64,000 bases of DNA from Coraliomargarita sp. (lineage in GTDB: Bacteria > Verrucomicrobiota > Verrucomicrobiia > Opitutales > Coraliomargaritaceae): the NCBI GenBank assembly GCA_965216325.1, contig OZ244160.1, positions 1,856,001-1,920,000 on the forward strand. Direction: 5' to 3'. The notes beneath the pieces are model-generated. The model saw only the letters and a list, made by a program, of their open reading frames with translations, searched no databases and was not told the origin of the DNA. This document shows, in pieces, positions 1-8,900 of the stretch. The translations under genes and the position numbers were made by a program. The stretch's first letter is position 1. Each line of letters opens with the position of its first letter.

Positions 1-1
1 T

Positions 2-964
2 CCATTGGGACCGTTCCGCACGCAGGTGATTGAGCTCAAGGCTGGTTGGAATTCGGTGTATCTTGAGATCGAGCCGCTCAGCACGGATCCGGACGAGTTA
101 TTCGAAGGCACGCCGATTGAAATTGCGGCGGCGTATCTGCGTCCCGTGACCTCTCAGCAGTTCGTGGAGAGTCCCAGTGATGCTTTGAATGATCGCAAAG
201 GTTGGAATGTGTGGTATCAGGAGGATCGTCCTGATGCCTTGTTGTCGGACCTGTATGCGATCAACGCGCATGGCGCTTACCTGCTTTACTCAGAGACTGA
301 CTATACTTGGCAGCTACAAGGTGTTCCATATTTTGGTTCTGCGACATGGCATCCGAATGCCTACAGCTTGATTGGCTATCCAATCGATGCTGCTGAGGCA
401 CCAACGATTGAGAACTTCTTTGCGGGTGTGGGTGCGCATGCAGAGTTGAAGGTTTACCAGATGGTGGATGGTCGCTGGAACTTGATTACTGAGCCAGCAT
501 CTACCCTGATGGAATCGGGTGTCGCCTACTGGACCTACAGCAAGGGAGCATCCGAGTTCGCCGGCCCACTGCAGGTGGATTTCAAAACCGAGTCCCTGGG
601 TGGGCTGATTTTTACTGCGAATATCGGTATGCAGCAGCTGGTGCTGACCAATGTTTCGCCGTTTCCACAGCAGTTGACGCTCAATCTTGAAGCGGGTGCA
701 TCGGGCTTGATCCCGCTCGCATACCAAGTCACCGAGGTGAACGGCGACGAGCCGCTGAATACCAGCAACCGTCCGCTCAACGATGGCATGACGATTGGCC
801 CGGTTGAATCGGGTGCGTCGGTCATTTTAAATTTGGAAGTTGTTCGTAGCGAGGTGAGCCAGTCGTTGATGACAACGACGGTGGTGGTCGCCTCGGATGC
901 CGGCGTGCGCATTGAAGTGCCGATTGTGTCGGCCCGCACGGATCTGGAATCCTCTGCTGAATAA
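2..964 (+). CDS. Uncharacterised beta-rich protein, first visible gene of the giant-protein operon (probably 5'-partial)
   Basis: Frame open from base 2, so the listed TTG at 5 is probably not the true start. Motifs TQVIELKAGWNSVYLEIEP, YSLIGYPID, MESGVAYW; acidic; 68 bp to the next gene. Confidence 0.8.
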   Translation, partial: PLGPFRTQVIELKAGWNSVYLEIEPLSTDPDELFEGTPIEIAAAYLRPVTSQQFVESPSDALNDRKGWNVWYQEDRPDALLSDLYAINAHGAYLLYSETDYTWQLQGVPYFGSATWHPNAYSLIGYPIDAAEAPTIENFFAGVGAHAELKVYQMVDGRWNLITEPASTLMESGVAYWTYSKGASEFAGPLQVDFKTESLGGLIFTANIGMQQLVLTNVSPFPQQLTLNLEAGASGLIPLAYQVTEVNGDEPLNTSNRPLNDGMTIGPVESGASVILNLEVVRSEVSQSLMTTTVVVASDAGVRIEVPIVSARTDLESSAE

Positions 965-1032
965 CCACCACTGCCGCCTTTCTGACACTCTACCAATTTC
1001 ACGAGTTAAACTCACAACCGCACTATAAGGCC

Positions 1033-2883
1033 ATGAATCGATTTCTTAAGCCTACACTCTTACTCACCCTTGGCACTCTTCAATTTCCGTTGCTGCATGC
1101 GACGCATCCGGCACGTGGCCTGTGGGTTGGCGAAGTCGCCCTGAATGAGGTCAACGAAGCGACCGGTGCTGTTGGAGACTCCAACACTTACGAGTTCACC
1201 GATCCTGAGTTGACGACCTCGACCAGCGATACCGCTCACTTGCGTCTGATCCTGCATGTGAATGGGGCAGGGCAGGTCCAGCTGCTCAAGAGCGTTGCGA
1301 TTGCGCCGACTGGCACACTCAGTGATGGCACTACAGACTTGGTGCTGCTGACAAATCCAGAGCTCTATTCGGAGTATTCGGGAGTCGCGAAGCGTGTGGC
1401 CAGTGCGTTTTTTGACTTTGGTGATCAGCATGCGGTTGAAGCCGTGCAGCAATTGATCGATATCGCCAGCCAACGTGCGGTGGATCTTGGTAAAAACGGC
1501 GTGAGTGCAGATACCTTCGGACCAACCATTCAGGCTGAGCTTGCGGCACTCGTGGATGCTGCGGATGTCGCGATCGCATATATCGACCGCGGCACAGGCG
1601 CCACTTCCTTCATTACTACCGACTTTTTCCAAGATCAGGCGGAAGTCGAAGCGATTGGCCAAGCAGTTGCGGAGCTGATGCATGCAGGCACTAAAGCAGC
1701 AGCCGATTTCGCGCTGGCAGCTGACGCGACAACATATGCGCCCTTTCCAAGCTCACCAACTGGCTTTGATGCTGTGGTGACTAAGGCTTTCGAACTGAAA
1801 GATGCCTCATTTTATGCGGACACTCGTGGCGTCGAAGCGGTTGCACGTATTGCCTATGGCAGTGCGCTTGCAGTCGAAGCGCTTGGTAACAGTGTCAGCG
1901 AAGCGGAGAAGATCGCCTACGCGAAGATCGTCGCGGTCGATGAGTGGCACAATGCTGCAGATACCAGTGTTGCTTACAATCGCTTCCTCGCAGGTGCGTC
2001 CTATGAAGGCCTTCCAACTGCGATCATTGACGTTGCGGTTGCGGAAGCAATCGATGCGAATAACCGTGGACTAAGCGAAGCGGACATCCGCACCGCAGTG
2101 CAGGATGCACTGTTGACGGAAACGGTGGTGCTCAATGCGTATTTTGACGCTGAATCTGTATCCGCTGAAGCCTTACACGGTGACCCGCGCGGACGAAATG
2201 CAGTGGATGGTATCTTGCTCGCGGCAGAAGCAGCTGCGACGGCTCAAGTTTTGCTCGACCCAGCAGTGGATCTGATGACCGATGCAGTGGAAGATGCAGT
2301 TGAGATTGCAGTCGCTTCCGTGCGTTCCGGTTATGTTTTTGCTACCGCTCCGTCTGAGGCTTACACCGACTTCATTACGAGCACAACATTCTCTGATGCA
2401 GCCGACCAAGCTGCGGAAACGGCGGCAAGTGAGGTAGAGTTCCAGTATAACGCGGGTGTTCGTGATGAAGCGGAGCTGCTTTTCTTTGCGAATTTTGCAA
2501 CGAACAAGGCTCTGGTTGCCGAACGTAACGAGGCCGCAGCACTGCCTAAGTTCAGCGTGCCGCTTGATGGCCAACTTGAGCCAGGTGATGCGATCTCCGG
2601 TCAGTTCTATCTCCCCGCGCTTGCGCCAACCAATCCTTTCCTACACCGCCTCCACCCTGATCATACGACGGGGATTCCAATCACACGTCACATTTCGCTG
2701 AGTGTCGATTCCAGTCAGGAGAGTGAGTTGTCCTCATATGGTGTGCGTGTGCTGACCGGCACCTATGAAGAAGAGCTTTTTGGATTACATAAACCACTTG
2801 GTGCCCAACAGGATGTTGGCCTGAAGACGAAGGGAGACTTCACCCTGAATCGGATCACTCTGGTGGATTCACTCAATTTCTAA
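1033..2883 (+). CDS. Secreted uncharacterised protein with beta-rich ends and an Ala-rich helical repeat middle
   Basis: 616-aa ORF; Sec-type N-terminus MNRFLKPTLLLTLGTLQFPLLHA; motifs GLWVGEVALNEV, PTNPFLHRLHPDH, GTYEEELFGLHK. Confidence 0.85.
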   Translation: MNRFLKPTLLLTLGTLQFPLLHATHPARGLWVGEVALNEVNEATGAVGDSNTYEFTDPELTTSTSDTAHLRLILHVNGAGQVQLLKSVAIAPTGTLSDGTTDLVLLTNPELYSEYSGVAKRVASAFFDFGDQHAVEAVQQLIDIASQRAVDLGKNGVSADTFGPTIQAELAALVDAADVAIAYIDRGTGATSFITTDFFQDQAEVEAIGQAVAELMHAGTKAAADFALAADATTYAPFPSSPTGFDAVVTKAFELKDASFYADTRGVEAVARIAYGSALAVEALGNSVSEAEKIAYAKIVAVDEWHNAADTSVAYNRFLAGASYEGLPTAIIDVAVAEAIDANNRGLSEADIRTAVQDALLTETVVLNAYFDAESVSAEALHGDPRGRNAVDGILLAAEAAATAQVLLDPAVDLMTDAVEDAVEIAVASVRSGYVFATAPSEAYTDFITSTTFSDAADQAAETAASEVEFQYNAGVRDEAELLFFANFATNKALVAERNEAAALPKFSVPLDGQLEPGDAISGQFYLPALAPTNPFLHRLHPDHTTGIPITRHISLSVDSSQESELSSYGVRVLTGTYEEELFGLHKPLGAQQDVGLKTKGDFTLNRITLVDSLNF

Positions 2884-2917
2884 CCGCCTTGGATTTTACC
2901 CAGAAAGCTGATTTCTC

Positions 2918-5900
2918 ATGAAAAAAGTTCTCGCTAGTCTACTCATTTTCACTGCCACCTTTGCCGCCCAATTGTGGGGGCAAGATCCGGAGATCTTCCT
3001 CAAAGCGCTCGAAGCCGAGTTCGAATTCGTGGACATGGACGCCGATGGTCTCGGTAACGTCTATGTCGTTGGCCGATCTGGTGGCACCACAGCGGTTAAG
3101 AAATTCGACAGTGCCGGTCTCGTTGTTCGTGAGCAATCGGTCGGCGCAATTTCGAGCCCAGTCGCAGTCGAAGTTGGTAGTAATGGTTATCTTTATATTG
3201 CGAGTGGCAAAAAGGTGGTTCGCCTGAGCACTGACGAGCTCACTTTAGATACCGACAACGATTTTGATATCCCATTGGGCGATATGAATTTCCGCGACAT
3301 GGTATATGTTGCATTGGCAAATAAATTGATCCTTGGTGCGCAAAATCCCGGAAATCGTTGGCCACGTTTTATTTCGGTCGCTGAAACGCTTTCTGGCAGT
3401 GGCACGGTGACAGCGGTTGAAGAAGTCGGCTTTGTGGATGGAGGTGGTTCCTTCGTGCGTGGCATGACGGTCGACGATCAAGGCTTTGCCTATATGGTTG
3501 GTGAAAGTTCCGGATCGCCGGAAACTGGTTACGACTCAAACGAAGGTTATGTAGCTAAGTTCAACGCAGTGAGTGGCACAATCGCCCGTGTGGTTTCATT
3601 GCGTGGCTTTAACGACCTCTTCGATATCACTTATGGCAACGGTTGGTTGTATGCACTTGGTATCGACGGCTCGAATACTGACGAAATCATGGTGATGCGT
3701 GTGGATACCACACTGAGCGGCAATGCAGATGATACCATTCTTGTGGAGGGTGAATGGGATAGTCACTTCCACATTCGAAATAGCGACTACTCAAGCATGC
3801 AGAGCGACACCGATGCGAAGAAGAGCAAGTTCCGCCTGACGCTTGATGCATCGACGAATCTCTATGTGACCGGTTATGCAATCAATGGCACGACCGACTT
3901 CTACGATGGTGGGGGTGATAAATTCCGCACAATCGCGAGCACGAGTGAAACCGCGTTCATCGCAAAGCTGAACGACTCCTTGGATTACCAGTGGATTAAG
4001 ACTCCGATCCAAGCGCCGTTCCCTGAGTTTGGTAATAACTTGGTCCTCGCTTGGGATGGTCAGAACGAGCGCCTTTGGTGGTCCGGTAGCTTCCGTGGCG
4101 ACAACGGTGTCAGCATGCAGGAAAGCAGCGACGCGAGCACTCTGCAAACATTGGCTCAGGATGATGTCTGGCAGGGCTTTGTTTCGGTCTTCGAGCCCAA
4201 TGGTGATTTTACTGAGATTGTCGACTTTACGCTCCTTACCGACTATGGCGAAGACCGCGTAACACTCAATGGCCGCCAGTTCGGCAGCACCGGTGCGACC
4301 TTTGCGGTGATTCTTGATTCCGAGATCACGATTCAGACACCGCGCGAAATTTACCGTTGGACCCAAAACGACGGTAGCCGCGTTGAAACTGATGATGTCG
4401 AAGCAAATCAAAATGTTATCGATAATGCCGACACGCAATTCTCGTTCCTGAACTTCTCGGTCAACAGTGTGGTCGAAGCCAGTAGCGCGACGAGCTACTC
4501 GTTCACACTGACTGAATCAACCATCGTTCAGCTGGAGTGGTTGGTGAACTTCGCCCTGGTGATCAACTCCGACTTCGCAAATACCGCAAGCCGCGTGAGC
4601 TTGCCGGATGGCAGCCTCTTCGTTGAGCCGCTTAATTCTGCAGCATCCGGTCTGCCAGATCCAGCAGTTGGCAAGCACTGGATCGAAAAGGACACGCCAC
4701 TCATTATGCAGATCAACGGTTTTGAAGAAGACTTGTCTGCGGATAATGGACTGAAGGTCCGCTACGTTCCTTACGAGTTCCGCGCTGCAGGTGCCTTCGC
4801 TCAACAAATCGCGACTTCTGGTCAGTTTGAGAATATCGCTGCCGTTCAGCAGATGGATGAATTCACAATGTCTGGTCCTGCATCGGTCACTTATGTGTGG
4901 AAATTGCAGTATGGCGTCGAGACTCGCTCAACCGATCCATCTTCGGATTCCACATTGGTGGTTGAATACGTCCAAGACTTCGACGGCGTTTCCCGCACCA
5001 ACCAGCGCACTGCTGAAGGCGCCGGCACCCATTGGTATGATGACGGCACGGTCGTTCGTATAGGTGCACCCTACACTCAAGATTTTGAATCCGGACCTAA
5101 AGCACTTGAAGGGTGGATCAATGGTGATAACTACATCTTTAGCCCTGGTGAAGGTGGCTTCGGTGATAGCTTAGATACAATTTTCTCAGATCAGCAGATC
5201 GACGATGGCTATAAGACCTTTACCTACAATGGTGTGCTCTATGCAGGTCGTGAAGTTAAGCTCGAGCGTCCAGCACGTGTAATCTGGAACTATGGAGATA
5301 AGGTCATTTTCAAGACTGTAGCGGTGGGTGATTTCATTAGCTTCACCGCCGATGAAATTGCGGACTATCAATTGAAGGTTGGGCAAGAGCCGACACTGGA
5401 TCTTCCTGAAGTCGACCCAACGGGCGGTAGCGATCTTCCATCTGCAGACGATTACATTTGGGACTCGGTTACCAAGAAGTTCTTCCCAGTCCGTGAAATG
5501 GAGATGGATCTTCAGTGGGGAACTGATACGGGCACTCCTGCAAAGGTTAAATTGACTGCGATCTGGAGATCGCCGGACTACCTGCACGTGGCAGACACGC
5601 CGGGTGTTTCCCTGATCCCACAGCCGCCTGAAGGACAGCCAAACGATCTAGTTTACCAAGGCGTTGCGTATACCGATGCTTCCGCAACGGTAAATGAAAG
5701 TAAGGAATTCAGCGCCAGCCAGCCAGGTCGCACGGTCTTGGAGTTTGCTCGTCTCACACCATCTGGTCGTGGTGGCACAGCAGAGAGCGTTGTTGAGTTG
5801 AAGGTGGTTGAAACCGCACGCTGGAATACCGGTTTAGGGCCAACGCAGAGCGCAATCATTGGTCGTAAAGTGACTAGTAGCCTCGACCTCGCTGGCCTTG

Positions 5901-8900
5901 GCACCGGTTACATGTTCTTCAGCCAAGGTGCATACAACCCATACATTTACGATGCGGATCGCTTTATCGGTGAAGCGCTGTGGGATGCCGAGAACCCGCC
6001 GGGTCCAATTATTCCAGTCAATAAGCTTCCAAACGTAAGCCCGGAAACGAATGATGAATTTGTGGTCGTGTGGTATGATGATCCATCCCTCAACGACTAC
6101 ATGCTCTGGCCATACATCGCAGAGCGCTATAGCCCGCGTTGGCCAAGTAATGCAAGTGAGGGGCTGAGTCGCATCCTAATGTCCACTGGCTTCGGTAGTG
6201 AATCGGTGGGTGCTGATGGCCAAGACCAAGTTATTCTTGAAGAGCTTATTGTGGACTCTGTGACTTATCCGGAGATCACTACCTTTGATCCAGCACGTGT
6301 GGAGCAGGTTTCCATCTACAATCAGTCAGACTCATCCTTCGCGGGTTACAACCCGAACGAAGAGCACGCATTGATTGCGCCATCGCTTCGCTTTGCGGAT
6401 GTGGCACCACGTCCACCAGCTGCGTATGCGATGCGTGAGAACGACTTGAATATCACGTCCGGTTCGGACTTTACCTCTGAGCCGTTTGTTTTGGTTCAAT
6501 TCAAGGATAAGGCCGACAACGAGTTCAAGATGCATGTCTTCTCCGTTCAGCGTGAAGACCTTGTGAATTATCCGGAAGGCTTTAAGTCTGATATGGTTGC
6601 GGGTGAGCCGGTCATTCCATTCTATCCAATTGGTGTTGTGAGTGGAGCAACCCTCTGTGAAAGCACTTACGCGCAAGAGATTGATCCAACACGTTTGGTT
6701 TATTGGCGCGACCACAAGGGCACTGCATGGGCGGTGTCTGGTGACGGTGCGTTCAAGCAATACTTCTACTACCCTCTGCTTCCGGACTTCGTCTGGCCGG
6801 ATGGTCAGAAGCAAGTTGGGGACCACGTCGCATGGCTGCCGAACTCAAATACGGACAAGCTCCGCACTGAGTTTACTGAGATCAATTACGATCTTCCGAA
6901 CCAAGTTCCGTTTGCACAAGGCGTGGATTACACTACCAGCTGGCCACTTGAGGTGCCAGTGATGAAAGTCGGTGAAACACTGACATTTGCGGGTGGTGAA
7001 TATGCTGCCGACAATGCAGGCCAGCCAGGTCTGCCGGGTGTGCTCGCATGGGCTGCGGGTCAAGTTGTTTACGATGACTTGAACCCAGACATGCGTGAGG
7101 GTAGCACGGACCAAGATGGCAAGAGCTTTGAAAACTACACCGCCCGTATTCTTCCTGCACTTGAGCAACGCACAGTCTATCTGCCTGTCGCGAAGTTCCC
7201 TGAAGAACTGCTACCTGCAACAGGGCGCACAGATGTCGATGGTGTGATCTGGAAGTTCCCAGAGCTGTCGTCCTCTCTGAAGAAGCGTATTTTCTATGAT
7301 CCATTGAGCGGCCAACTCGGCATCAAGGGTCTCGTGAATGACAAGGATATCGGCGAGCCGACTCTGACTGCAGCACCGCCTGCCGTCTATATTCTCGAGC
7401 CGAACATTTTGACAGATGCTGAGTATGCTGAGCTGAAGGGCACAGATTCTGAAAGCCCATATGTTGATATCAGTGGCGATGGCGATTGGGCTGCTGCGAT
7501 CGATGCGCTGTATGCACTCAGCCGCAATCCGAACGAGCTCTCTGCATCGCGTATCACTACTGGTGGTGGCTACACCGCGGGTCTTCAGGTTCGTCAACCG
7601 AAGGATGGCTCCACCCCGAATGCAGGTGAAGCGGAGCCGTATCGCGCGCTTGGACCGGGTCTAGCACTGGTTGCCAACCCTGGCTTTCTGGATCCCAATG
7701 ACGACAGCCTTCCAGATGTGAGCTATGTGACGCTTGCTGAAAACAACGATGAAAGCCTTGGCGGTTCGCCAGTGACCTTGCACATCATCAAGATTGATCG
7801 CCGCGAGCGCTATCGCGGTGCAATCAAGGTCGTGCTTTCGGACAACGTCTTTGATGAAAACATCATCCTCCGCCACACGGGTGACTTTGGCGCGGCTGCC
7901 GATGATCTTGTCTTCGATTGGTGGTATCGCGTTGAAGATGGCACCGAAGCATTGCCACCGGACCAGATTCCGGAAGGCACGACGAATCCATGGCGTCTTT
8001 TCCCAGATCCTGATGGTGACGGAGGGCAGGACTTCTTCCAGCTGAAGTTGAAGGGCAATCCACAAGCACCTGAACTCTTGTTGGCCGATTCACTCTGGTT
8101 TGTTCGCTACCGCCATAAGGACGAAGCTCCAGAAGATCCAATTACATGGGAGAGCACTCCGGAGATCCCATTCGAGTGGGCGGGTGCCGGTAATTCCTCT
8201 CCATTCGACTTGGACGGTAATGGCATTCCGGATTATCAAGCGCAACTTGCCCAAGGGTGGGTTAAGCGTGTGCTCGACGCGGTGAATCCATACGAAGCAC
8301 GTATCCGCGACTTCAATGGTGATGCGCCTGCAACCTACGCGAGTATGATCCGTCAGTTCGGTCAGCGCTACGAAGGCCCGGTTGCACTGAATCCGGCCAA
8401 GAACGTGATCGAAAATGTTGGACTCATTGAGCTCTATGGCACGGTTCTCAATCGTGCTCGCAACTTGAGTATCGATCTGTCGACTCCGGTGTCCACTCCG
8501 GGCATTACCAATGCATTACAGCTCGCGTCGACTCGTATCGCCGACTTCTACATGCTACTGGGCAACGAAGCTTACTCCGACTCTCAGGATCCGATGATTG
8601 GTCATGGCAGCGATAGCGCTGACTATGGCGACCTCGTTACCACAGTCTTTACCTTCCAGAATCAGCTCAGTTCTAAGATGGAAGAAGAGCTGGGCCTTCT
8701 GCGTGGTGTGTGGGACTTCAAGGCTCGTCCGGTCTACAACCGTCTGTTCTGGAACTTCACCAAGGGTGAAGGTGAGGCTGCCTACGCGACCAACTATAAC
8801 ATTTCCGACGTGAACACCGACGGCTTTATCGATGAAGATGACGCGATGATCTTGTATCCACAAGGTCACGGTGACGCATGGGGCCACTACCTGACCGCGA

